A stretch of 64,000 bases of DNA from a virus, in the IMG/VR virus record IMGVR_UViG_3300035232_000745. One strand, 5' to 3'. Below the pieces are notes generated by a model, which saw nothing but the letters and a program-made list of their open reading frames with translations, ran no database searches and was not told the origin of the DNA. The position numbers were made by a program, and so were the translations under genes. Shown piece after piece: positions 17,470 through 28,117 of the stretch (positions within the stretch are counted from its first letter, which is position 1; each line of letters starts with the position of its first letter).

Positions 17470-17658
17470 ATGAACATGGCAATTAAAGTAAGCACTACAG
17501 TTGTGATTACCAACGCTTTAGAACTGCAAAACATTGCAACGGTTGATGGTACAACAGAATCAACAATCCAAGCAGCAGTTAGAGCAAACGACCACAAATT
17601 AATCATACGGGATTCAGCAGGAACAGAAACCTTTAGGCTTCACGGCGTTACAGCGTAA
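17470..17658 (+). CDS. small putative virion protein
   Basis: late promoter, AGGAG SD. Confidence 0.6.
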   Translation: MNMAIKVSTTVVITNALELQNIATVDGTTESTIQAAVRANDHKLIIRDSAGTETFRLHGVTA

Positions 17659-18653
17659 TGGCAGGCTGGTTACTACAAGGCAACTTAACTGGAAGTGGCG
17701 TTTCTCTAGATATGCCAAACCCAGCGCTTGATCCATATGAAAATCAAGTCTTGAGAAGAATCGCTTATCTGTATTCACTTAATACTACTGTCGAGTTAAG
17801 CGTAGTTGCTTCTGGTGGAAACTTGGGTACTATTTCAGAAATTAGACAACAAGCCGGTGCAAGTACATCACAAACTTCTGCTCAAGGCGGTTTTGCTTCT
17901 GCTGCGAATACACCAAATATTTCTAGCATAAGTACAAACTATGCTCGCATTAGTCAAACAGTAAGCAGTTCACCGCCTGCATTACCTACTGATACTGACC
18001 TCCACAGATTTCCGCTTAAAATGAATGCTACTTCTGGAGACCTTCAATCTATGAATTTTCAAGACTGCATGGATTATTTTATTGAACCAGCAATTGCATA
18101 TATAACAAGCGGATCACCTACTGTTCAAGCAGGTGGAGCTTATCATATATCCACATCAAGCAGTGTCTCTGGCTCTACTTTAGTATCAGCAACTCCGGTG
18201 TTTATCGATACAAGAGCAGATGCTGCTGCTTACACTGCAGGCGGAATTGGAGAAACTCAAGACCAACCTACAACTATTAATAGCTATTACTTACATAAAG
18301 TTACACCAGCGTCTAATACTCCTGACTTTATGCCAGTATATTGGGATTATACAAATGGCGATATAAGAGAAATGTCTTTATCTATGTTTGATGATATATT
18401 TGGACCAATGATACAAAACTATGTAGTTAACGGAAGTGGCGAAGTAGGACAAAATCTAAAAATAAGATATAATATCAATGGCTCTGGCACTACAATGGGT
18501 ACTGTTATGGCAGACACATATTTAAGTGGATCGTCAGCTTCTGGATATACACAAAGATTTGTAAGTGCATCAGATTATCGAACGCAAGAATTTCCAAATG
18601 GTACACCAGCAACAAACGCATCTCACACATTGAAGAGTTTATTATCTAACTAA
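17658..18653 (+). CDS. putative virion or tail-fibre-associated protein
   Basis: S/T/G-rich, low charge, late operon. Confidence 0.6.
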   Translation: MAGWLLQGNLTGSGVSLDMPNPALDPYENQVLRRIAYLYSLNTTVELSVVASGGNLGTISEIRQQAGASTSQTSAQGGFASAANTPNISSISTNYARISQTVSSSPPALPTDTDLHRFPLKMNATSGDLQSMNFQDCMDYFIEPAIAYITSGSPTVQAGGAYHISTSSSVSGSTLVSATPVFIDTRADAAAYTAGGIGETQDQPTTINSYYLHKVTPASNTPDFMPVYWDYTNGDIREMSLSMFDDIFGPMIQNYVVNGSGEVGQNLKIRYNINGSGTTMGTVMADTYLSGSSASGYTQRFVSASDYRTQEFPNGTPATNASHTLKSLLSN

Positions 18654-18663
18654 GGAATATATT

Positions 18664-19221
18664 ATGGCAGAATTTAGTGGCAACGTCAACGCGGCGTATT
18701 ATATGAATGAAGAATGCAGTTTAATTGAAATTGTATATACGTCTTACGACAGTGATCCAGACGGTGAAAAACTTAAATACATGGTTGAAGTAGATGATAA
18801 TGATGCAAACTATAAAGCTTTGATTGCAGAAGGTTATGATGCAGAAAAGCTTGCTGAGCAAACTTCTGAATATAAAAGAGCTCATAGTAGGCAGTTTAAT
18901 CATCTAGTTAATACTCTTGCAGAAGAACTTGCAGAAGAACTTTCTGGCTCGCCTTTATTGGAACGAAAGAAAATAGAACTAGAAAAACAAATCGAAGAAC
19001 TGAACGAGAAGAAAAAGCTTAAAGTCTATAGCATGGATAATGAAATGTTTGATTTTATTGATACAAATGAAGACTCTTCCAGCCTATTTAAATTTAAACT
19101 TTGGGCTTTAGATAATGAAAAGTACAAAGGCATGACAAAAGAAAACAAAAAGCAAATAAGAAAAGCTAAATCCCTCGTAGAGGGATTTTCAATATTACAT
19201 TCAGTATCAATATCTGAATAA
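18664..19221 (+). CDS. hypothetical protein
   Basis: 185-aa ORF with coiled coil. Confidence 0.65.
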   Translation: MAEFSGNVNAAYYMNEECSLIEIVYTSYDSDPDGEKLKYMVEVDDNDANYKALIAEGYDAEKLAEQTSEYKRAHSRQFNHLVNTLAEELAEELSGSPLLERKKIELEKQIEELNEKKKLKVYSMDNEMFDFIDTNEDSSSLFKFKLWALDNEKYKGMTKENKKQIRKAKSLVEGFSILHSVSISE

Positions 19222-20276
19222 TGTTATGGAACCCAAGCGATATCAAGGTATTTCTTGATATCAGCACTTTTTGTAATGCAGGCTGTCCTCAATGTCATAG
19301 AACCAATTCTAACGGTTTAGGTAAAGTCGATTGGCTTCCTTTAGTACAATGGGATCTTGCAACATTTCAAAAAGCGTTTTCACCAGAAGATTTAAAGTAT
19401 ATTAATACATTTAAGTTTTGCGGAACTTTTGGTGATCCTGTTATGTGCAAAGAACTTGATAAGATATTCAAATACATTATAGATAATTCCGAAACAACAA
19501 TATCAGTAGACACTAATGGCAGTATTCGAAATGAAGATTGGTGGTGGAATGTAGGAGTAATGTGCAGTAATAGACTTGAAGTTGTTTTTGCTGTTGACGG
19601 CATAGACCAAGAAATGCATAGCAAGTATCGCAGATTTACAGATCTAGAAAAAGTTCTATCTAACATGGAAACTTTATCTATGACTAATGCTATAGTACAT
19701 TCTCAATCTGTTTTGTTTAAACACAATCAAGAATACAAGGATGAATTAACTGCTTTAGTTAAAAAGAACGGATCTGTCAGACATACGTTTGTAATATCTG
19801 ACAGATTTGATAGAGTTGACAACGGAAAAGACGTGTTTATTGATGAGAATGGTAAAGAAGATTATTTCGAAAGAGCTGATCATGAAATTTTACCAAAAGG
19901 TTATGTTGCAGGAACAAAAAACAATATTCTTAGCAATGAAATAATTTGTCGTTGGGCAAAACCTCGTAATGAAATAGTCGTAAATCCAGACGGTCAAATA
20001 ATGCCATGCTGTTACCATGCTAATGCGCATTATATGCATCGACAAGGAATAACAAATGAAATGAATAAACACGACGTATATTCTAAGGGTTATAACAAAG
20101 ATTTAAAAAAGTATAACTTGTTTCATTCAAATCTAACTGATATACTTAATAGCGAATGGTTTACAAAAACTTTACCGCAAAGTATTAATAGCGATAAACC
20201 AATAAAACAATGTGAAAAACAATGCAGTTCTAGAACAAAAAAACTTCATCAAATAAGAGAATATCATGACACCTGA
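19221..20276 (+). CDS. radical SAM protein with SPASM/twitch domain
   Basis: CNAGCPQC; C-terminal DGQIMPCC...CEKQC. Confidence 0.9.
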   Translation: MLWNPSDIKVFLDISTFCNAGCPQCHRTNSNGLGKVDWLPLVQWDLATFQKAFSPEDLKYINTFKFCGTFGDPVMCKELDKIFKYIIDNSETTISVDTNGSIRNEDWWWNVGVMCSNRLEVVFAVDGIDQEMHSKYRRFTDLEKVLSNMETLSMTNAIVHSQSVLFKHNQEYKDELTALVKKNGSVRHTFVISDRFDRVDNGKDVFIDENGKEDYFERADHEILPKGYVAGTKNNILSNEIICRWAKPRNEIVVNPDGQIMPCCYHANAHYMHRQGITNEMNKHDVYSKGYNKDLKKYNLFHSNLTDILNSEWFTKTLPQSINSDKPIKQCEKQCSSRTKKLHQIREYHDT

Positions 20277-20877
20277 AAATATTATTTTTGTAAAACACGG
20301 CGATAAGTATAACGCCGAACATGTGAATAGATTAAGAGATCAATTAATGGTATACTTTCCATCTTCGCAATATCTCTGTTATACAGAAGATCATTTAGGA
20401 GTTGAAATAGAATGCATTCCGTGTTTTAAAAAACCACAATTAAGATTTTGGTGGAATAAACTCGCTATGTTTAGTTCAGACTTTCCTGTCAGAGGTAAAT
20501 GTTTATTCTTCGATTTAGATATGGATATTAAAGAAGATCCAACTTCCTATTTAAAATGGGATGGATTAACTGTACTTAATTCGTATTGGAAACAAGATAT
20601 GTATATGGCAAAACACGCTTACGACGTGACAATAAATAGTTCAATAATCACATGGACTGCTGGCGAACAAACCCATATATGGGATCACTTGTTAACTAAT
20701 AAAGATTATTATACTCGTAAATATAAAGGTATTGATAGATTTTTAATTCATGAAGGTTTTGATATAAACAGATTTGATGATGGAATTGTAAACAGTGTAG
20801 CAAATCCTTATGAAGGTACTGCACCGATTAATATGTATAATGGAATAAATTATGAACTACAAAGAACTGCTTTATAA
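20266..20877 (+). CDS. putative glycosyltransferase (GT-A, DxD)
   Basis: K.GDKY...V, WWNKL..F, FFDLD, NSSII. Confidence 0.7.
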   Translation: MTPENIIFVKHGDKYNAEHVNRLRDQLMVYFPSSQYLCYTEDHLGVEIECIPCFKKPQLRFWWNKLAMFSSDFPVRGKCLFFDLDMDIKEDPTSYLKWDGLTVLNSYWKQDMYMAKHAYDVTINSSIITWTAGEQTHIWDHLLTNKDYYTRKYKGIDRFLIHEGFDINRFDDGIVNSVANPYEGTAPINMYNGINYELQRTAL

Positions 20878-21490
20878 AAACGCTTTAAAAGAAATTGAAG
20901 AAATCTATACTCAATCAAAGTATGATCCTGATGTAGATTTGTATAGAAGTTTCGATATTATAAACTCAGTAAATGAAAACCAATTTAAAAGTAAAGAATG
21001 GCTTATTAAAGAAGTATTACCTTATTTAAGCGGCGTTAAACATATTTGTATAATGGGTTCGTGGTACGGTCTAATAAGTTTACTTATTAGAAGATACGTG
21101 TCAGATAACGTAGTAATTCATAATATAGATACAGATCCTTTATCTAAAAAATTTGCTTTAAGTTTAACCGATGGTATAAGGCATAAGAATACGCACTTTG
21201 TTGTGGAAGATGCTGCAGATTTTGCGATTTCTAATATCGAATGGTTTGATCTAATTATAAACACAAGTACAGAACATATGGAACAGGAAGATATAAAGAT
21301 GATGACTATGCTTAAAAAGAAAAAGGCGATCGTTTGTTTTCAGGGTAATAATTATAACGAAATACAATCGCACATTAATACTCACGATACGTTGGAAGAG
21401 TTTCTTGAATCGTTAGAGTTAAATAAAGTGTTTTTTAAGGAGTCACTTGCTACTGAAAGATATAATAGATATATGGTAATAGGCCGATGA
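20852..21490 (+). CDS. class I SAM-dependent methyltransferase
   Basis: MGSWYG, INTSTEH. Confidence 0.7.
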   Translation: MNYKELLYKNALKEIEEIYTQSKYDPDVDLYRSFDIINSVNENQFKSKEWLIKEVLPYLSGVKHICIMGSWYGLISLLIRRYVSDNVVIHNIDTDPLSKKFALSLTDGIRHKNTHFVVEDAADFAISNIEWFDLIINTSTEHMEQEDIKMMTMLKKKKAIVCFQGNNYNEIQSHINTHDTLEEFLESLELNKVFFKESLATERYNRYMVIGR

Positions 21491-23229
21491 AAAGACTTAT
21501 TTTTACAATACACGACGATATTGATAATACCAACGCATCTTCCAATAATAAAGAATTAATGGGCTTTGATCAGTTCGAAGTAATAAAGACTAGCCATTCA
21601 GATAACGCTAAAAGGGCTTTATTAAAAAAATACTTTAATGATCTTATCGACAATAAGAGAGAATACGCAGATAAAATCGGCGTAGATTTTAAATTTTTTC
21701 ATAATGAAATGAAAGATTTTGATGTAGATACTTCACTCGAATTCACTAAAGTTAATCTATACAAACATCATTTATACGCAAAGATGGCTGAAGAGTATGA
21801 CGAAGTTTTATATGTTGATACAGACGTGTTGTTTAATACTGATGAAAATATTTTTGACGCACACGATTTAAGCAAAGGTATTCATGTTAAAGACCAAGAT
21901 GAAAAGATAATTTCAAGAGAAAAGTCTGAGGTATTATTAAGTTTTGTTGGATTAAGAAGTCCTATTTTAAAGTACTTTATTACTAAAGATTTATTAGACG
22001 GTAAAGAATGTCATGTAATTAATACGGGTATTATGTTAGGCAGATCTGAAGATATTTTAAATATTAAATTTATTGAGAGAATGAAAGAAGCAATTGAAAA
22101 GATAAATGTTCTTAAGACAAAAAAGAATCTTATCAATGCACTTTATTATCCAAATAACGAGTCTATATTCTCTTACATACTTGAAAAATACAATGTACCG
22201 TATGCTATATTAGAAGATGAGTGGCATAACATTTATGACGGATTTGGTGCAGATCCTATCAAAGGAAAGTGTGTACACATTATTCATAAACAGTTTGACC
22301 ACTTTTTTAATAAAAGAACAAAGGCTATATTCTCTTTACATATTGACATACACGAAGATAATCTAGATCATCCAAAGAGTTATAGTGATACAGAAGAAAA
22401 CAAAAGCGCATCAACCAAACGTTTATTAAATCAATATAGAGATAAACTACTTGATAACCACAAAGACTATGCCGACAAAATTGGTGTAGAGTATATTCAT
22501 TATTCAAGAGACGACAATTATGAAGAGTTTAAAAGTAGATTTCCAGACTTATCAGAATACGATGTAGTTAATCTATATAAAGTTTGGTTGCTAGATAAAC
22601 TTACAAAAGATTACGACACAGTAATGTATGTAGATTTTGATACTACATTTATTAATTACGACTCGCCATTTAATACTATGCCAGCAGACTTTGCTTTTTG
22701 TTGTATTATGGATGATAAGAAGCTATTACATATTGATGAAACAAATGATTACTTGAATAATTATAAAAAAGACTTTAGAAACCCTGAAGCTAAATACTGG
22801 AATGCTCATGCTCTTTTACAAGAGGATGATGAACCAGGAGACAATATAGTATTCAATACCGGAGTTATGCTTGCTTCTAAAGAAGTAATGAAAAAGATCG
22901 ATTATTTTTCTGATATTGATAGCGTAATAGAAACTATGAAAGAGCTAAAAGAAGACGAGTTCAGTATGTATCCTCAAAACATAAGGGCTTCGTTTGGATA
23001 TGACAATGAAACTATTATGTCTTATAAGACTAGAATTAACGACGTACCGTTATTTTATCTTGGGTATAAATGGCACACAAGACATTTCTATGGAAATAAG
23101 CATGAGTTTATTGAAGGTACACCAGAAAGAAAAAGAGCTTTGCTAAAATTAAAAGGCTCTATAAAGGAAGAAAACACTACTATAATTCATTTCATATCTA
23201 AGAATTTTGGTTTATATTTCGATGAATGA
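21487..23229 (+). CDS. tandem two-domain glycosyltransferase
   Basis: duplicated YADKIG, NLYK, YVD.D, NTG.ML, NE.I.SY. Confidence 0.75.
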   Translation: MKRLIFTIHDDIDNTNASSNNKELMGFDQFEVIKTSHSDNAKRALLKKYFNDLIDNKREYADKIGVDFKFFHNEMKDFDVDTSLEFTKVNLYKHHLYAKMAEEYDEVLYVDTDVLFNTDENIFDAHDLSKGIHVKDQDEKIISREKSEVLLSFVGLRSPILKYFITKDLLDGKECHVINTGIMLGRSEDILNIKFIERMKEAIEKINVLKTKKNLINALYYPNNESIFSYILEKYNVPYAILEDEWHNIYDGFGADPIKGKCVHIIHKQFDHFFNKRTKAIFSLHIDIHEDNLDHPKSYSDTEENKSASTKRLLNQYRDKLLDNHKDYADKIGVEYIHYSRDDNYEEFKSRFPDLSEYDVVNLYKVWLLDKLTKDYDTVMYVDFDTTFINYDSPFNTMPADFAFCCIMDDKKLLHIDETNDYLNNYKKDFRNPEAKYWNAHALLQEDDEPGDNIVFNTGVMLASKEVMKKIDYFSDIDSVIETMKELKEDEFSMYPQNIRASFGYDNETIMSYKTRINDVPLFYLGYKWHTRHFYGNKHEFIEGTPERKRALLKLKGSIKEENTTIIHFISKNFGLYFDE

Positions 23230-23842
23230 AAGAAATAAAAGAGGAATAGTAATAGATGCTTCACATAAATGCATGCTTAAATGTCATAAATGTGAAAGAG
23301 CTTGGTACGTAAAGAATAGACAAAAAGTTCCAGGTAACGATTTAACGGTAGATCAGTTCAAAAAAATAGCTAGGTATTATACAAACTTTATAGAATTTTG
23401 CGGACAAAGAGGTGACGTAGTAATGAATCCAGATTTGGCAAAGTTTTTAGAAATTACTTATGAAGCAGGTATCGATACAAAAGTAAATACTGCTGCTGGT
23501 TATAGAGATATGAATTGGTATATAGAATGTTTTAAAGCAAATCCAAATTGCGATTGGACATTTGGAATAGATGGATTACCAGAGCAAAGTCATATATATC
23601 GCAAAAATCAAGATGGAGTAAAGCTATTTAATATTATGGTTGAAGCAACAAAGCATTTAAACAAAAAACCTGTTTGGCAATATATAGCTTTTAATTATAA
23701 CGAAGATAATATAGAATTAGCAAAAGAAATGGCACGAGATAATAATATTATATTTGAACTTAATGTTTCTGCCAGATTCGATGGACCAAACGATCCTTAT
23801 ATACCGGAAGGAAAAAATCTTGCAACGTCCTTTATATCCTAA
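23222..23842 (+). CDS. radical SAM protein (core only)
   Basis: CMLKCHKC, FGIDG, YRKN, WQYI.F.YN. Confidence 0.85.
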   Translation: MNERNKRGIVIDASHKCMLKCHKCERAWYVKNRQKVPGNDLTVDQFKKIARYYTNFIEFCGQRGDVVMNPDLAKFLEITYEAGIDTKVNTAAGYRDMNWYIECFKANPNCDWTFGIDGLPEQSHIYRKNQDGVKLFNIMVEATKHLNKKPVWQYIAFNYNEDNIELAKEMARDNNIIFELNVSARFDGPNDPYIPEGKNLATSFIS

Positions 23843-24134
23843 ATGTATGAACGGTACAAGAACCAGAGCATTGACTGCAGACGGATATATAGTACCGTGT
23901 TGCTGGACAGATAGCTACAAAAGTAGACAGCATAAAATATACAAACAATTATTTGATCCGGCATTGCATATAAATAACTTTGAAAATGTAGAGGATATTG
24001 AAGACTCTATCATTTGGAATAAAATTGAAGTGATGATAGATTATGGGCACGAAGACTTAGATATATGCCACAGAATGTGTGGTAGACCTAACGAAAAAGA
24101 TACTCCCTTCAGACAAAAAATACGCTCGGAATGA
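23820..24134 (+). CDS. stand-alone SPASM/twitch domain
   Basis: YPKC...DGYIVPCCW...CHRMC; TTG start after GGAAGG (start uncertain). Confidence 0.7.
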   Translation: MQRPLYPKCMNGTRTRALTADGYIVPCCWTDSYKSRQHKIYKQLFDPALHINNFENVEDIEDSIIWNKIEVMIDYGHEDLDICHRMCGRPNEKDTPFRQKIRSE

Positions 24135-24139
24135 ATTTA

Positions 24140-24172
24140 TTGACATTTCGTGATTAACAATGTACTATAACA
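24140..24172 (+). promoter_or_regulatory. sigma70-like promoter
   Basis: TTGACA-17-TACTAT. Confidence 0.65.
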
Positions 24173-24216
24173 TTATCTCTATGAGATAAACACATCATAA
24201 AAGGAGAAACAATATT

Positions 24217-24987
24217 ATGATTAAGAACTTTATTATTGCCGCAGCTTTTGTTGCGACTTCAGCATCAGCAGAAACAACAGTTGTAAATACTGGATCAGAC
24301 TCAGGCGGCTTTAATGCGGTTATGAGTATGGTTGCAGAACAGATTGGAACAAACGTTGTACAAGCTGGAAACCCGGTTATCGCTGCTTCTTATTTCGATA
24401 ACGGTGATGTTGTGACTATGTGGTCTACTGAATGGCCTGCAGATGATAGTCTACCAAAACCTGCTATTGATGGTGATACTATCGTAGCATTGCAAACCTA
24501 CGAAACAATTTTATGTTCTCGTGAATATACATCGCTTTCTTCAATGGCTGGCGAAACTGTAAAGATTGCTACATGGGGAGAATCTCCTGCAGTAAATAAA
24601 TTCTTAGATGAATTGGGCGCTGATAACCAAGTAACTTTTGAGGTAGTACCTTACGAAGGTTCTGGCGGAACAACGCGCGGTTATTTGGGTGGAGATGCTG
24701 ATACAATCTTTACTATTCAAACACGCCAATCAAAAGTAGAAGCAGACGGAACGTGTTTTGCATTTAGTGCAGATGGTGGTTTAGATTTCGCTTTTGTTGA
24801 TATGATTTTGGCAGTGAATGCATCTGGTGATACAGTTACTGAACTACGAAATGCAGTTACTGAGTTAGCAGCTACAGAAGCATGGCAGACTTCTTTTGAA
24901 GGTACAGTTACTTACGTTGTAGATGATTCTAACAAAGAAGCAATCGTAGCTAAAACAAATGCAGCAATTTTGTTGAACACTAACTAA
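24217..24987 (+). CDS. periplasmic solute-binding protein, TctC/Bug-like
   Basis: signal peptide ASA; VVPYEGSGG...LGGDAD motif; TctA nearby. Confidence 0.65.
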   Translation: MIKNFIIAAAFVATSASAETTVVNTGSDSGGFNAVMSMVAEQIGTNVVQAGNPVIAASYFDNGDVVTMWSTEWPADDSLPKPAIDGDTIVALQTYETILCSREYTSLSSMAGETVKIATWGESPAVNKFLDELGADNQVTFEVVPYEGSGGTTRGYLGGDADTIFTIQTRQSKVEADGTCFAFSADGGLDFAFVDMILAVNASGDTVTELRNAVTELAATEAWQTSFEGTVTYVVDDSNKEAIVAKTNAAILLNTN

Positions 24988-26144
24988 TAGTATTCGATAG
25001 AATTTTGTAGTTCTTCTTTAACGGCCTGATATGTTTTTTGCATATCAGGCTTTTTTGTGCCTAGTACAATTATGCTCATATTAAAAATGCTGTCTGATGC
25101 GTTAGTTTGTTCTGCGATTACTTTACCTTCATGTAACTCATGAGAAGTTTCACTAATATATTCTTTTAGGTGCGAATAATCTTTAACCCTTTTGATTGTG
25201 CCGGGTTTTAAATCAGCCTGTCTCCAAATAAAGTGTTTATTATATTGTATTTTCTTATTCGATATAATGTCAGGTATGACAGTAAACCCCATTGCTTTAT
25301 CCATAAGAGTATTACCAGTACCAATTCTGGGATTGCAATCTATCATTTTAGTTATGCCGTCATAAACATAAAAGTCAGGACCAGAAATAAACATATTTCT
25401 AACTCCCAACACGTCTGCTATACTCTCGTAAAATATTTCAGATGATTCTTTTACGATATCTGGTACTTCATCCTCATCAATACTTTGAATAACGTAAGGA
25501 TGATTGTAATATTTTGAGTTGCCGTAACGAATAAGCTTTGTATCAAGTTTTACACAAAATTGTCTATGCACGTTTCCATCCATATCGATATAAGCATAAT
25601 AGCCATAAACTTCAGAATACGTAGGTAACATTTCTTGAACCATATAATAACTTTGTACGTTATTAAATTTAGGGTCAGTAAATCCTTTCTTATTTGTTTC
25701 AAAGAAATTATCTGGTATATTGTTTAGTAATTCTTCTTTACTGTGATATGAAGTATAAGAAAATCCATCTAATTTAGTACCAGAACCCACAGTAGGTTTA
25801 ACTATAAGATCTCCATCGAACAAATCTTCTTCGCACGTTGGTATCACGCTTTTAGGTATCATATCTCCTAATCCTATAGCTATACAAAAATCGTCAAACT
25901 TCTTTTTGTCAGTCAGCACTTCAGCAGCTGAAACAGAAAGGTTTTTTAAACCTAACTTAATTTCTAACTGCGCTTGAACTGGTAATAGACTTTCTGATAA
26001 AGTCCATATCCTATCATAAGAGCCTTCTATTGTATCAAAGTTATCAGTTTTTATATCTACAGTTTGGCCTAAACTTTCAATAGCTTTCTTCATGCAACCT
26101 ATTCTATGATGAGCTCTGGCGTATGATAATATAAGATTTTTCAT
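24984..26144 (-). CDS. ATP-grasp domain protein
   Basis: DKKKF, IVKPTVGSG, VQE, IDCNPRIG. Confidence 0.8.
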   Translation of the reverse strand: MKNLILSYARAHHRIGCMKKAIESLGQTVDIKTDNFDTIEGSYDRIWTLSESLLPVQAQLEIKLGLKNLSVSAAEVLTDKKKFDDFCIAIGLGDMIPKSVIPTCEEDLFDGDLIVKPTVGSGTKLDGFSYTSYHSKEELLNNIPDNFFETNKKGFTDPKFNNVQSYYMVQEMLPTYSEVYGYYAYIDMDGNVHRQFCVKLDTKLIRYGNSKYYNHPYVIQSIDEDEVPDIVKESSEIFYESIADVLGVRNMFISGPDFYVYDGITKMIDCNPRIGTGNTLMDKAMGFTVIPDIISNKKIQYNKHFIWRQADLKPGTIKRVKDYSHLKEYISETSHELHEGKVIAEQTNASDSIFNMSIIVLGTKKPDMQKTYQAVKEELQNSIEYY

Positions 26145-27400
26145 GAGTATATCGCGATCACTCTCATTAAGTTATTCCAAAATAGATCTGTTAAAAAGAA
26201 ACCGTATAATATAGGAAATGTATCCCACTTTCTTATAAAATAACCCAAAACAGATAGTGCTAGTAATGATATTAATAACCATTCTTTTACAGGATATATA
26301 TGTAAACTCATTATAGAAATGAATACAACTATTAACGTCGTAATTATATGTTTGTGTTGTTTTATATATTTGGCTATAATACCTAACTGATTAAAACAAA
26401 CCCAAGATAGAAATAAACATATGACAAGAATAAGAGGAATATAATAAAGTATATCCTTAAATATGTGTAACGTTTCAATATCAAATGTAAATCCTCTCGA
26501 TAATACCAAATAATATATCAAGACTTCACTACTCACAATAGGAATTCCTAATATTATTAATGGCAGTAACGAGCTTAATGCTCCACTATTATTCGCAGAT
26601 TCAGCCGCAGCAATCTTGTTGATATCTGTCTTAACTACGTTAGCGCTTAAATAACCACCTAATATGTTTGTTACTCCTGGAATTAATCCTGCCCAAAAAC
26701 CAATGAATGCTCCTATTATAGTAGAAGGCACGGTTTTAATATCATAACCAAACTTAGATATTTTATTATTATCTTTAAATTCTTTATCTTTAAATTTCAG
26801 TATTTCTGGTATGATATACAAACCAATCATTACAGAACTAAAGGGTATTCCCAAAGTTAAGTAATCAATACCAAAAGTTCCCCATGTTTCATAAGATATA
26901 TTATCAAAACCTATCTTTGCGAGCACACCACCAAATACGAAAAGAATAATAGATTTCCATTTAGCCTGCTCTGATAGAAATATTAAAAGAATGATTGCTA
27001 TTGATATGACTACTACTTGTATTGTGCTATTATAGAATTTAAATAAGCCAAATAAGTTTGATGCAAAGGCCAAAAATAAACCTACAGCAAAGATAGATCC
27101 TATTGTGCTTGAGACAGCATTAGAGCTTACTGCGTAATGACCCTTTCCTTCTAGGAACAGTTTATGCCCGTATCTTGCAGTTGTAACCGCAGCAGCGTCT
27201 CCTGGTATCCCGTATAGTATGCCAGTTACAGAATTGGTATAATTTGATGTGATGATTAACGCTACATAAAAGATTAGAATATTAAACGGATCTAAAAACG
27301 CTAATAGAGGATAGAAAGTTGCGACAGCGAGAAATGCTCCTGCTCCTGGAATAATTCCAAATATCACACCAGCAAATATGCCGAGTAAACACCAAATCAT
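26141..27400 (-). CDS. tctA: tripartite tricarboxylate transporter TctA family permease
   Basis: GIIPGAG, GIPGDAAA, AAESANN, LGIP repeats. Confidence 0.85.
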   Translation of the reverse strand: MIWCLLGIFAGVIFGIIPGAGAFLAVATFYPLLAFLDPFNILIFYVALIITSNYTNSVTGILYGIPGDAAAVTTARYGHKLFLEGKGHYAVSSNAVSSTIGSIFAVGLFLAFASNLFGLFKFYNSTIQVVVISIAIILLIFLSEQAKWKSIILFVFGGVLAKIGFDNISYETWGTFGIDYLTLGIPFSSVMIGLYIIPEILKFKDKEFKDNNKISKFGYDIKTVPSTIIGAFIGFWAGLIPGVTNILGGYLSANVVKTDINKIAAAESANNSGALSSLLPLIILGIPIVSSEVLIYYLVLSRGFTFDIETLHIFKDILYYIPLILVICLFLSWVCFNQLGIIAKYIKQHKHIITTLIVVFISIMSLHIYPVKEWLLISLLALSVLGYFIRKWDTFPILYGFFLTDLFWNNLMRVIAIYS

Positions 27401-28044
27401 TAGCTACATATACCGTTATCTAACATATAATGAAATAAATCTTTATCCCAATGCAAGCATATTACTATTATAATCATATCATCTTTAGTTGAAAATACGC
27501 AATGCCTTTTGTTTCCATTGAAATACCATAGTGATCCGTTATTGCATTTAACAATCTTATCATCGTATAACCATTTAAAATGATATTCGTTTACGTTCAC
27601 AAAAGCTGTCAATCTTATTTCATCATAAGAAGAATCGTGTTTGTTGATATCGAAATGATCTGGAAAGAAACCTCCTCTATCCATTCTTAAAAAGTGGCAG
27701 CGCGTTATCCAACGTTCCCACGGCAATAATAATCTAGAAAGTTCTTCGCTTTGTGTCCACACTTTTGTTGGAACTACAATGTCTTGATTGTTTACTACGA
27801 TTCCAGTTTCTTGTTCGTAGTTTTTTAAACTAGTTAAGTCAGGAATTCCGCTTAATCCGCCGTCGATTGATGTAACACTGAGGCCCCATCTATTGTTCGG
27901 TTTATTGGGATTATATCGTTTCCAATCGTCTTTGAAAGGTTCTATTTCTTTCATAACTTTACGAGCATCAAAACCTTGGAATTCTTGCCAATCAGACATC
28001 ATGCCTAATCGCGTTAATGCTTGAGCGTCTTCGTCCCACTTCAT
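27400..28044 (-). CDS. Fe(II)/2OG oxygenase (Asp/Asn beta-hydroxylase-like)
   Basis: GGFFPDHFD...H facial triad; start at MKWDE after GAGG SD. Confidence 0.7.
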   Translation of the reverse strand: MKWDEDAQALTRLGMMSDWQEFQGFDARKVMKEIEPFKDDWKRYNPNKPNNRWGLSVTSIDGGLSGIPDLTSLKNYEQETGIVVNNQDIVVPTKVWTQSEELSRLLLPWERWITRCHFLRMDRGGFFPDHFDINKHDSSYDEIRLTAFVNVNEYHFKWLYDDKIVKCNNGSLWYFNGNKRHCVFSTKDDMIIIVICLHWDKDLFHYMLDNGICS

Positions 28045-28075
28045 AATAATAACCTCATATTTAATAGTATAGAAG

Positions 28076-28117
28076 TATTTATAATACGGTTGACATTTTT
28101 CTAAGTCACGGTATAAT
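28076..28117. promoter_or_regulatory. late promoter (-) back-to-back with sigma70 promoter (+)
   Basis: TATAAATA on - at 28076-83; TTGACA-16-TATAAT on + at 28090-28117. Confidence 0.7.
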
